From positions 1,082 to 65,081 of the forward strand of contig JAVBLT010000021.1 in the NCBI GenBank assembly GCA_031553315.1: a stretch of 64,000 nucleotides of DNA, read 5' to 3'. Both the position numbers and the translations under genes were made by a program. This stretch comes from Kiritimatiellia bacterium (GTDB lineage Bacteria; Verrucomicrobiota; Kiritimatiellia; RFP12; DVOR01). Numbering within the stretch: position 1 is the first letter of the stretch; each line of letters starts with the position of its first letter. Shown here in pieces: positions 30,810 to 41,974 of the stretch. A model generated the notes under the pieces. It did not search any database and was not told the origin of the DNA. It saw only the letters and a list, made by a program, of their open reading frames with translations.

Positions 30810-31799
30810 TTACTCGCCGTAGTTGACGCCTTCTGGATTTTCGCCGCCCGAACCGAGCCAGACCGAATATTTTCTTCGGTCTTCCTCGGTTCCCGGATCG
30901 TTGACCGTTTCGACATGGCCGTCAAGAAAACAGATATGGCCGACCGCCTTGCCGCCGGCTTTGTGGCAAAACCCGACATTTTCCTGGTTGTTTCCATCGG
31001 GATCCCAATCCCACACCTGATCTCCGGCCACTCCGTTTTCAACACCCAGCCTGGGATTCTCAAGATCAAGCTCCACCATCAGCGCGGTCTTATTGGGCGG
31101 TCCCGGAAAGGCCGAGGTGTTGGAAAGTTTCGATCCGTTGTTATAATCGCCGTATTCGTTGCGGACTTTGTACAGATCCTTCGATTTCGTTGCCGAGGTG
31201 CGGTAGTTCATTGCATAGCTGCGAACGACGGCGGCAGGGGTTTCAACGGCCTGGGGAAATTTCGAAACCGCTTCCTTTGCGAATGATTTGCACCGGTAAC
31301 GGTCTGTGGATTTCATGTAACCGAAAAGCGATCCGTTTTCGATGGCAAGGCGCGCCTTGTTTTTTTTCTGGTCTTTGTCGGCGGCGTAATACCAGGGCGC
31401 GGGTTTCACGCCTTCCAGGCCGCCCCAAAGGGGAACGCCCACGGCGCCGTCGTCGTGGCAGGTGCAGGATTCTTCCGGATTCTCCTCGCGAAGGCAATTG
31501 TGATCGAAATAAACCCATCCGCGCAATTGACAGGATAACGGCTCCAAAACGTCGTTTACCCTCGTTCGGCCTGTCCACACACGACCGCCGGCGGAGGGGA
31601 AAGACATGCCGTTTGCAGTCATGTAGGTGTTGGCGGCGCGCCCGAAGGCGATGAGGTTGTTGCGGCACTCGGTGGCGTGGGCGGATTCTCTGATTTTACC
31701 GAAAAACGGAAATAAAGCCGCTGACAAAATGCCGATAATGCCGATAACGACAAGGAGCTCAATCAGCGTAAAACCCTGTTTTTCGATTCTTTTTTTCAT
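30810..31799 (-). CDS. Prepilin-type N-terminal cleavage/methylation protein (type II secretion pseudopilin-like, DUF1559 / H-X9-DG family)
   Basis: 329 aa. QGFTLIELLVVIGIIGIL class-III signal. C-terminal ...GHICFLDGHV. Confidence 0.85.
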   Translation of the reverse strand: MKKRIEKQGFTLIELLVVIGIIGILSAALFPFFGKIRESAHATECRNNLIAFGRAANTYMTANGMSFPSAGGRVWTGRTRVNDVLEPLSCQLRGWVYFDHNCLREENPEESCTCHDDGAVGVPLWGGLEGVKPAPWYYAADKDQKKNKARLAIENGSLFGYMKSTDRYRCKSFAKEAVSKFPQAVETPAAVVRSYAMNYRTSATKSKDLYKVRNEYGDYNNGSKLSNTSAFPGPPNKTALMVELDLENPRLGVENGVAGDQVWDWDPDGNNQENVGFCHKAGGKAVGHICFLDGHVETVNDPGTEEDRRKYSVWLGSGGENPEGVNYGE

Positions 31800-31904
31800 A
31801 AAACCCTCTTTCTACACTCATGGGGAATTATGAAGTAAAGGCGGCGAAAAAGCAAGCGCCGATTCGTAAGAATCCGTGTATTTTCGCGGGCGGGGGGCGA
31901 AAAA

Positions 31905-34379
<2,475 letters not shown>

Positions 34380-34467
34380 TTAAAAATACTTCGGCTACTA
34401 TACCACACGTTTCATGGCAAATCAAGAAAGGGGTGGCAAAAAATCATTTTCCGGCATTCGGAAACTT

Positions 34468-34797
34468 GCTCTAAAGCAGGTTTCGAATGAGATTTCCGGA
34501 TTTTGCGAAGGTGATTTTGGGTTTTGACAAACGCTTGAGGCGAGCCGTTGCAACGCTGCGGCGATCTGAAAGGGTGATGTTCAAAAACAAAAAGCACCGG
34601 AAAAAAACGGAAAGTTCAATCGAAATATGCTCTAGAGCAGGTTTCGAATGAGATTTCCGGATTTTGCGAAGGTGAATTTTGGTTTTGACAAACGCTTGAG
34701 GCGAGCCGTAGCAACGCTACGGCGATCTGAAAGGGTGATGTTCAAAAACAAAAAGCACGGAGAAAAAACGGAAAGATCAATCGAAATATGCTCTAAA
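34468..34797 (+). repeat. Tandem direct repeat, 2 x ~161 bp plus the start of a third unit, each unit with an internal hairpin
   Basis: Unit 1 is about 34468..34628 and unit 2 about 34629..34789, at roughly 95% identity. Both begin with gctcta[a/g]agcaggtttcgaatgagatttccgg. Unit 2 contains gccgtagc-aac-gctacggc. A related copy lies at 49531..49697. Confidence 0.75.
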
Positions 34798-36139
34798 TCA
34801 ATTCGCCGTAGAGGGTCTGGGGGGCGGCGCGGAGGATGCGCACGGTGCGCAGGGTGCCGGGCTGGAGGCCGGGGAGGGGCTCGAAGACGACGATTTTATT
34901 GCCTTGGGTGCGGCCGCACCAGCGGGCTTTGTTGCGGAGGCTGGGGCCTTCGATGAGGACGTCGAGCTCGGTACCTTGGAGGGCGGCGTTGATGCGGGCG
35001 CCGCGCAGATCCTGGTCGGCGAGGAGGATCTGGTTGCGGGTCATCTTTTCGGCGGGGGTCACGTCGTCGGTCCAGTCTGCGGAGGGGGTGCCGGGGCGGG
35101 GGGAGTATTTGAAGATGAAGGCGTTGTCGAAGGCGGCGGCTTCCATGAGGGTGCGGGTGGCTTCGAAATCGGCGGGGGTTTCGCCGGGAAAGCCGACGAT
35201 GACGTCGGTCGTGAGGGCGAAGGCGGGCATGGCGGCGCGGAGGCGGCGGACGGCATCGAGGTAGTCGGCGCGGGTGTAGCCCCGGCGCATGGCGGCGAGG
35301 ATGGGGTCGGAGCCGGATTGCACGGGCAGGTGAAGGTGTTTGCAGATCCGGGGGGTGGCGGCCATGACGCGGATGAGTTCGTCGGAGCAGCCGGTGGGGT
35401 GGCCGCTGGTGAAGCGGATGCGGAGGATTCCGGGGATGGCGGCGACGGCTTCGAGGAGGCGGGGGAAGGGAAGGGTGTAGCCGCCGGGGGAGGGGGTGTC
35501 GGTCTCGAACCAGACGGGGTTGCGGAGGCCGTAGTTCATGATGGATTGGCCGAGGAGGGTGATTTCGCGGGCGCCGTGTTTGGCGAGGGTGGCGATCTCG
35601 GCGAGGATTTCGCGGGCGGGGCGGCTGTATTCGGGCCCGCGGACATGGGGGACGATGCAGTAGGCGCAGTGGCGGTTGCAGCCGAGGAGGATGGTGACGA
35701 AGGCGCTGAAGCCGCTGTCTTGGGTGTGCTCGCTGACGATGTCGGGCGTTTCGGCGGGATCGGAGACTTCGAGGAGGTTCCTGCCGCCTTGGCGGGCGAG
35801 GTCGACGAGGCGGGGGATGGCGCCGGCGCGGCGGGTGCCGATGGAGAAGTCGAGGGCGGGGATGTGTTTGAAGATGTCTTGGCCGAGGCGCTGGGCCATG
35901 CAGCCCATGAGGCCGACGATGCGGGTCGGGCGGAGCTTTTTGCCGGCGCAGAGGAGGCCGAGCTTGCCGAGGGCTTTGTCTTCGGCTTTGCCGCGGACGC
36001 TGCAGGAGTTGACGATGACGATGTCGGCGGTGTCTTCGTCGGGGGCGGGGGTGTGGCCGGCGGCGGTGAGGAGGGCGGCGGCGGCTTCGGAATCGCGGAC
36101 GTTCATCTGGCAGCCGTAGGTGTGGATAAGGAAGGTCAT
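34793..36139 (-). CDS. miaB: tRNA-2-methylthio-N6-dimethylallyladenosine synthase (radical SAM methylthiotransferase)
   Basis: 448 aa from ATG 36139 (MTFLIHTYGCQMNVRDSE). An MTTase N-terminal domain, a CAYC radical SAM motif and a TRAM domain. Confidence 0.88.
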   Translation of the reverse strand: MTFLIHTYGCQMNVRDSEAAAALLTAAGHTPAPDEDTADIVIVNSCSVRGKAEDKALGKLGLLCAGKKLRPTRIVGLMGCMAQRLGQDIFKHIPALDFSIGTRRAGAIPRLVDLARQGGRNLLEVSDPAETPDIVSEHTQDSGFSAFVTILLGCNRHCAYCIVPHVRGPEYSRPAREILAEIATLAKHGAREITLLGQSIMNYGLRNPVWFETDTPSPGGYTLPFPRLLEAVAAIPGILRIRFTSGHPTGCSDELIRVMAATPRICKHLHLPVQSGSDPILAAMRRGYTRADYLDAVRRLRAAMPAFALTTDVIVGFPGETPADFEATRTLMEAAAFDNAFIFKYSPRPGTPSADWTDDVTPAEKMTRNQILLADQDLRGARINAALQGTELDVLIEGPSLRNKARWCGRTQGNKIVVFEPLPGLQPGTLRTVRILRAAPQTLYGELI

Positions 36140-36143
36140 AGGG

Positions 36144-38072
36144 TTAAAAGATGTCGGTGATTTTTCGGATGGTGCCTTTGCGGCTCCAGCGGGGTTCGCC
36201 GATGGGGCCGCGCATTTCAAATTCCATGAGGAAGCGGGCCACGGGCACGGTGACCCAGCGGGTGATGTTGCCGAGGATGGATTCTTTGGTGAAGATGGCG
36301 ACGATGATGGCGAAGTTGAGGTCGTCTTCCGGGAGGGAGTAGGTGCCGTGGCCTTCGATGCTGAGGATGTCGCCGGTGATTTCGAGGCGCTCGGTTTTGT
36401 AGATGCCGTTTGAGATGGTGAAGGCGGATTTGGCGGAGGATTGGTCGGTGAGGGAGGCGAAGCCGGGGATGTTGTTGGCGAGGAGGTCGGTCAGGCCGGC
36501 GAAGAGGTGGAAGCGGTTGAGGTGGCCGCCGGTGAGGGTGCCGGAGCCGGCGCCGTTGAGTGAGGCGAGGGTGTTGGCGGGGGTGTCGCGGAAGGTGCCG
36601 CCGAGGGTGAAGGCGGCGTTGACTTTGCTGCCTGATTCGGAGAGGAGGTTTTTTTCGCTGATGAAGGGGAGCATGAGGTCGGCAAGCTCGGCGTGACCGA
36701 GGGTGGCTTGGGATTGGAAGTCGGTCTCGGTTCGGCGGGCGGGGTCGGCGGGGAAGGTGAGGGCGAAGGTGCCGTTGAGGGTGCCGCCGGCGCGGAGCGC
36801 GGCCTGGGCGGAATCGAGCACGAGGGTGCCGCCGGCCATGGTGAGGGTGGCGGCGGCGGTTTCGAAGGGGAGCTTGAGGACGTGGCCGCCGCCGACGACG
36901 CTGACGGTGCCGTTGAGGCGAACGAGGGCGGGGTCGCCGTTGAGGGGGACGAAGCCGTTCATGACCACTTCGGGGCCTTTGTTGAAGGCCATTTCGGGGA
37001 TTTGCCTGGTGAAGGGCTGGTCGATCAGGGCGTAGAGGTCGGGGAGGGGGAAGGCGGAGCGGGCGTCGAACTGGAGGGTGTCGGAGGCGAAGTCGAACAC
37101 GAGGGTGCCGGCGAGGCGGGAGGAATCGGCATGGGTGGCTTCGAGCGGGCCGATGGTGAGGAGGCAATCGCGGGCGCCTTCCACGGTGAGCGCGCCTTGG
37201 AGCGCGGCGAGGGGGACGGCGCGGTAGGTGCAGGCGGCGGTTTCGACGCTGACGCGCACGTTGCAGAGGTTGGCGGCCGCCTGAAGCCCCGCTTCGAAGG
37301 TGCAGGCGGCGCTGACGGGGTCTTTGAGCTCGAAGGCGGCGATGTATGCCTTCACGTCTTCCAGGCGCAGCACGGTGAAGAGGCCGTTGATGCGGGGGGG
37401 GTCGAGCCGGGCGGTGACGGTGCCGCCGACGGAGGAGTCGACGAGGTTCAGCCAGGCGTCGCCCCGGATAAACTGCTGGGGGGCGCGCCCGGAGGCTTCG
37501 GCGAGGATGGCTTCGGCGCCGCTGAGGCGGAGGCGGCCGAGGTCGTCGGAGTGGAGGCGGCCTTCAAGGCGGTCGAGGTGAATGTCGACGATGTCGGAGC
37601 CGGTGAGCTTCAGGCGCACGTCGAGCCCGGCGGGAAAGCGGATGGGCCGGGGGGGGGCGGAAGCTTCGCCGCCTTCGCCTTGGGGAAAGCGGGCGGTGAT
37701 GTAGAGGCCTTCGGCGGAGATGGAGCGCACGCACCCCACGAGGGGGCCGTTTGAAAACCAGTCGATCCCCGCGCGGAGGGTTTCGCAGGAAAACTGGGGT
37801 TGGTCTTCGCCGCCCGGCAGCCACACGCGGAGCCCTTCGGCTCGCACGCCTGCGAGAAGCGAAAAGCAGGCGCGGTCCACTTCCACGCGTGCCTGCCCGT
37901 TGGGCACGGCGGCTTGGATCCAGTGGTTGAGCCAGGCTTGGGGCACGCCGCCGCGCTCCAGAAGGTAAAGCGCGCCGGTGAGGGCGATCACAAGAAGGCC
38001 GACCGCGCCGAGTACGCCGCGGATAAGCCATTTCACGGCTGTGAAGCGCCGCCTGATCCGAACCGGGCCCAT
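36144..38072 (-). CDS. AsmA-family/TamB-like envelope assembly protein (putative)
   Basis: 642 aa from ATG 38072. An N-terminal TM anchor, then a long beta-rich segment. The start overlaps the upstream stop (TGATG). Confidence 0.45.
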   Translation of the reverse strand: MGPVRIRRRFTAVKWLIRGVLGAVGLLVIALTGALYLLERGGVPQAWLNHWIQAAVPNGQARVEVDRACFSLLAGVRAEGLRVWLPGGEDQPQFSCETLRAGIDWFSNGPLVGCVRSISAEGLYITARFPQGEGGEASAPPRPIRFPAGLDVRLKLTGSDIVDIHLDRLEGRLHSDDLGRLRLSGAEAILAEASGRAPQQFIRGDAWLNLVDSSVGGTVTARLDPPRINGLFTVLRLEDVKAYIAAFELKDPVSAACTFEAGLQAAANLCNVRVSVETAACTYRAVPLAALQGALTVEGARDCLLTIGPLEATHADSSRLAGTLVFDFASDTLQFDARSAFPLPDLYALIDQPFTRQIPEMAFNKGPEVVMNGFVPLNGDPALVRLNGTVSVVGGGHVLKLPFETAAATLTMAGGTLVLDSAQAALRAGGTLNGTFALTFPADPARRTETDFQSQATLGHAELADLMLPFISEKNLLSESGSKVNAAFTLGGTFRDTPANTLASLNGAGSGTLTGGHLNRFHLFAGLTDLLANNIPGFASLTDQSSAKSAFTISNGIYKTERLEITGDILSIEGHGTYSLPEDDLNFAIIVAIFTKESILGNITRWVTVPVARFLMEFEMRGPIGEPRWSRKGTIRKITDIF

Positions 38073-38725
38073 CAAAGATCCTTTTTGTGTTCGGGCGGGA
38101 ATTGCGGCTTGCCGCTTCCGGCGCGCAGGGCGAAGACGGTGGTCTCGCCGGGTTTGAGGACGGCGGGCGCCGCTTTCCAGGCGGACCAAAGGGGGGAACC
38201 GTCGGCCTTTTTTGTTTCGCGGATGGCCACTTCGGGGTCTTCCACGTAGAGGTACCAGCTTTCGGGGTCTTTGCCGCAGATCACGGGGCGCCGGCCGATC
38301 ATGCGCACTTCGGCGTTGGGCAGGGAGGCGTCTTTCAGGTAATCGATGCGGGCGATGGGGATCGCTTCGGCGCCGGCGGCTTTCACTTCAACGGTGAGGC
38401 GGAGGTGTTCGCTGGCGAGTGATCCGAGCCAGGCGCGCTGGGCCACGGTCATGGTTCCGTTGGGCGAGGGTTTGGGCTGGGTCCAGGCGAGCAGGGTGGT
38501 GGCGCGCTCGGCGGGGGTTTGCCCTTTGGGGTTCCCGGGGATTTCGCGGAGGCGGACGTCGGGCGAGTCGCCGAAGACGGGTTCCTGGGAGACGCGGAAG
38601 GGTTCGGCGTTGACCGGCGAAAGGGTGATTTGGTTGTAGAGCGCGAGGACTTCGTCGGGCACGGCGGCCCGGGGGCCGCTTCCGAGCGCCAGCGCGGCGG
38701 CGGCAAAAAGAAGAGTCTGCTTCAT
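38072..38725 (-). CDS. Hypothetical secreted protein
   Basis: 217 aa with a signal peptide (MKQTLLFAAAALALG). No recognisable motif. Confidence 0.55.
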   Translation of the reverse strand: MKQTLLFAAAALALGSGPRAAVPDEVLALYNQITLSPVNAEPFRVSQEPVFGDSPDVRLREIPGNPKGQTPAERATTLLAWTQPKPSPNGTMTVAQRAWLGSLASEHLRLTVEVKAAGAEAIPIARIDYLKDASLPNAEVRMIGRRPVICGKDPESWYLYVEDPEVAIRETKKADGSPLWSAWKAAPAVLKPGETTVFALRAGSGKPQFPPEHKKDL

Positions 38726-38750
38726 GGCGTGTTCTCTTTTTCGACCGGGA

Positions 38751-39533
38751 TCAGCAGCTGAGGCCGGTCTGTTGCCAGATGTAACGGTAATACTCGCTCA
38801 TTGTGAGGTTGGCGGCGGCGGCTTCGTCGACAATCACGAGGGTGTCGTTGTGCATCTGGAGGATGGAGGAGGGGTTCATGGTGGTGACGGGGCCTTCGAG
38901 CATGCCGGCGACGGCTTGGGCTTTGCCGGCGCCAAAGGCGAGGAGCACGCATTTGCGCGCGTCCATGATGGTGCCGATTCCCATGGTGACGGCCTGGGTG
39001 GGGACTTGTTTCACATCGCCGCCGAAGAAGAGGCGGGCGTTGTCTTCAATGGTCTGGCGGGTGAGGACCTGGGTGTGGGTGCGGCAGGCGAGGGAGCAGC
39101 CGGGTTCGTTGAAGGCGATGTGGCCGTCGGAGCCGATGCCCAGGAGCTGGATGTCGATGCCGCCGGCGCGGGCGATGGCGTCTTCATACGCGTCGCAGAA
39201 GGCGGCGATGTCGGGGGCCATGCCGTCGGGCACATGGCAGTGGGCGGGGTCGATGTTGATGAAGTCGAAGAGGTTGCTCTTCATGAAGAAGTGGTAGGAC
39301 TGGTCGTGGCCGGGGGGGAGGCCGAGGTATTCGTCGAGGTTGAAGGTTTTAACTTTGGAGAAGTCGAGCCCGGTTTGCTGATGGGCGCGGATGAGTTCTT
39401 TGTAGAGTTGCACGGGGGTGCTTCCGGTGGCGAGGCCGAGCACGCATTCGGGGTTGGCTTTTATGTGGCTGATGAAGATCGAAGCGGCGAGGCGGCTGCC
39501 TTCATCGGCGTTTTTGACAATGGCGACTTGCAT
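38751..39533 (-). CDS. nagB: Glucosamine-6-phosphate deaminase
   Basis: 260 aa. LGLATGSTP, GIGSDGHIAFNEP, and colinear with NagB. Confidence 0.9.
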   Translation of the reverse strand: MQVAIVKNADEGSRLAASIFISHIKANPECVLGLATGSTPVQLYKELIRAHQQTGLDFSKVKTFNLDEYLGLPPGHDQSYHFFMKSNLFDFINIDPAHCHVPDGMAPDIAAFCDAYEDAIARAGGIDIQLLGIGSDGHIAFNEPGCSLACRTHTQVLTRQTIEDNARLFFGGDVKQVPTQAVTMGIGTIMDARKCVLLAFGAGKAQAVAGMLEGPVTTMNPSSILQMHNDTLVIVDEAAAANLTMSEYYRYIWQQTGLSC

Positions 39534-39561
39534 GGCTTTGTCCTTTCGTGTGGTCTGAAAA

Positions 39562-40668
39562 TCAGCGGGCCCGCGCGGTGTGTTTCCTGACGATGGCTTC
39601 CATTTCTCCGGCCTTTTCCTCCATGCGCTCCACGAGCTTGAACTGCACGCGGGCGCGGTCGAGGTTCTGGTGGGGGTAGTGGATCTTGAAGTAGGTGTCG
39701 CCCTGTACGTAGTCGGTGAGGAAGCGCATGCCGATGGTCATTGTGATGAGGCGGCAGGAGAAGGCGAGCTCTTCGATTTCGGCGGGCACGAGGAAATCGG
39801 CGCGCTCGGTGTAGCCGCGCACGGCGGCTTCGAACATGTCCATGTTGAACTGCACTTTTTCGGTGTCGGGCTCGGATTCGTCGGCGGTGTTGGCGGCAAT
39901 GCGGATCATGTCGCCGAAATCGTAGAGGGCGAGGCCGGGCATGATGGTGTCGAGGTCGACGACGACGGTGCACTCTTTGGTGTTTTCATCGAAGAGGGCG
40001 TTGTTGAGCTTGGTGTCGTTGTGGGTGATGCGCTCGGGGATTTCGCCGCGGAGGTAACGGGAGAGGAGGCGGCCGTAGATGTGTTTGCGGTCGCGGACGA
40101 AGCCGATTTCGGCCTCCACGGATGCGACGCGGTTGGCGACGTCGTCGTAGACGGCTTCTTCAAACATGGCGTAGCGCATGGGGGTGTGGTGGAAGTTGGG
40201 GATGGTTTCGTGCAGGCGCGGGAGGGGGAGGTCGGCGAGCAGATCCTGGAATTTGGCGAAGCCTCGGGCGGCTTCGTAGACGATTTCCGGGTCGTGGGCG
40301 TTGTCGTAGGAGCAGACGCCGCCGATGAAGTGGTACATGCGCCACCAGGTGCCCATCATGGTGTGCAGGCAGCAGTGGCCTTCGCGGGTGGGGATGAGCT
40401 CGAGCACTTGCATGTTGCCGCGGCGTTCGGTCTTGGTCTGGAGGTGGTCGAGCACGCGGCTGATGTTGTCCATGACCCAGTCGGGGCGGCGGAAGACGTT
40501 GTGGTTGATGCGCTGGAGGGTGTAGTCGCGGGTGGAGCCGTCGGCCTCGCGCAGGGTCACGCGGAAGGTGTCGTTGATATGGCCGCTGCCGTAGGGCGCG
40601 GCGCTGACATAGGTGCCGGAGGTTTTAAACCCGGCGATTACTTCTTTTACATCCTGCATCGTCATCAT
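39562..40668 (-). CDS. APH-fold anomeric sugar kinase, N-acetylhexosamine 1-kinase (NahK)/AmgK-like
   Basis: 368 aa. YGSGHINDTF, Brenner motif HNDTKLNN, DLDTIMPG (the DFG-equivalent). Confidence 0.6.
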   Translation of the reverse strand: MMTMQDVKEVIAGFKTSGTYVSAAPYGSGHINDTFRVTLREADGSTRDYTLQRINHNVFRRPDWVMDNISRVLDHLQTKTERRGNMQVLELIPTREGHCCLHTMMGTWWRMYHFIGGVCSYDNAHDPEIVYEAARGFAKFQDLLADLPLPRLHETIPNFHHTPMRYAMFEEAVYDDVANRVASVEAEIGFVRDRKHIYGRLLSRYLRGEIPERITHNDTKLNNALFDENTKECTVVVDLDTIMPGLALYDFGDMIRIAANTADESEPDTEKVQFNMDMFEAAVRGYTERADFLVPAEIEELAFSCRLITMTIGMRFLTDYVQGDTYFKIHYPHQNLDRARVQFKLVERMEEKAGEMEAIVRKHTARAR

Positions 40669-40684
40669 GTTGATTTCCTTCTAT

Positions 40685-41818
40685 CTATCGGGCTGCGGCG
40701 AGGGCTTCTTGGATGATTGTTTCCATTTCGGCGGCCTGGTCTTCCATGCTGGCGACCATTTTGAGCTGGGTGCGGCAGCGGTCGATGTTGTGGCCGGGGC
40801 GCTTGATGCGGAAGTAGACGTCGCCGGAGAGGTAATCGGTGAGGAAGCGTATGCCGATGGTCATCGTGATCAGGCGGGCGGAGAAGGCGAGCTCTTCGCA
40901 CTCGGCGGGCACGAGAAAGCCGGCGGCGGCGGAGCAGTAGCCTTTGGCGATGGCGGCAAACATATCCATGCGGGAGAAGACCTTGGAAAGGTCGGTTTCG
41001 TCTTCCGCGGCATTGGCGGTGGCGGTGCGGCACATGTCGCCGAAATCGTAGAGGGCGAGGCCGGGCATGACGGTGTCGAGGTCGATGACGCAGATGCCTT
41101 CGCCGGTTTCGTCGTCGAGCATCACATTGTTGAGCTTGGTGTCGTTGTGGGTGATGCGTTCGGGGATTTCGCCTTTGGCCTGGCGCTGGAGAAGGCGGCC
41201 GAACTGATCGGCGCGCGCCTGAAGGAATTTGATTTCGGGGAGCACGTCTTTCACGCGGTTGAAGGCATCCTTCTGGATGGCGGTCTGAAGGGCTTCGTAG
41301 CGCTTCACGGTGTTGTGGAAGCTGGGGATGGTTTCGTGCAGGCGCGGCTCGGGCATGTCGGCGACCATGCTCTGGAAGTTGGCGAAGGCGCGGCCCACGA
41401 GGCAGGCCTGGTCGGCGCTTTGGATCACGTCGTAGGTGGTTGCGTTTTCCACGAAGAGGTACATGCGCCACCAGTTGCCGTCCATGTCATGATAAACGGG
41501 TTCCTCGAAGCGGGTCGGCACGAGGGTGAGCGTGCGGCGGGAGATGTCGCGAGCGCCCTGGGCTTCGAGGCGGGAGGCGATGTGGCGGGTCACGCGCAGG
41601 ATGTTGCTCTGCACGTTGGCCGGGGCGGTGAACACGTGGTGGTTGATGCGCTGAAGCAGGTAGTTTACAGGGGCCCCGGCCACGCGGTAGGCGATTTTGT
41701 AAGTGTCGTTGATATGGCCGCTGCCATAGGGCGCGCCGGTGATGAAATCTCCGAAAATCTGAAACTGGGCGGCAATTTTTTGAAGTGTGGCCATATCGGC
41801 CTTGCGTGCATCAGACAT
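40685..41818 (-). CDS. APH-fold anomeric sugar kinase, NahK/AmgK-like (tandem paralog)
   Basis: 377 aa. The same motifs (YGSGHINDTY, HNDTKLNN, DLDTVMPG). Confidence 0.6.
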   Translation of the reverse strand: MSDARKADMATLQKIAAQFQIFGDFITGAPYGSGHINDTYKIAYRVAGAPVNYLLQRINHHVFTAPANVQSNILRVTRHIASRLEAQGARDISRRTLTLVPTRFEEPVYHDMDGNWWRMYLFVENATTYDVIQSADQACLVGRAFANFQSMVADMPEPRLHETIPSFHNTVKRYEALQTAIQKDAFNRVKDVLPEIKFLQARADQFGRLLQRQAKGEIPERITHNDTKLNNVMLDDETGEGICVIDLDTVMPGLALYDFGDMCRTATANAAEDETDLSKVFSRMDMFAAIAKGYCSAAAGFLVPAECEELAFSARLITMTIGIRFLTDYLSGDVYFRIKRPGHNIDRCRTQLKMVASMEDQAAEMETIIQEALAAAR

Positions 41819-41899
41819 GGTTTCAATTCCTTCTCATAAAAACGCACTAAATCCACAAGCCGCTTTCCGGCTCTGGTCTGCACTATACCAAAACCGAAA

Positions 41900-41958
41900 A
41901 GCGTTGACAAGAAACGAAAACACCCCCCCTGAAATTCTATTGAATTGCGGGGGGGCAA
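41900..41958 (-). terminator. Rho-independent terminator downstream of leuA
   Basis: Minus-strand sense: cccccccgcaattcaatagaatttcaggggggg, followed by tgttttcgtttcttg. Confidence 0.5.
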
Positions 41959-41974
41959 GCCTGCCCGCCCGGGT

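Noticed and set aside
34468-34797. Possible CRISPR array
   Set aside because: The repeat units are about 161 bp and directly abutting, with no unique spacers. The structure is a tandem duplication of a structured element, not CRISPR.
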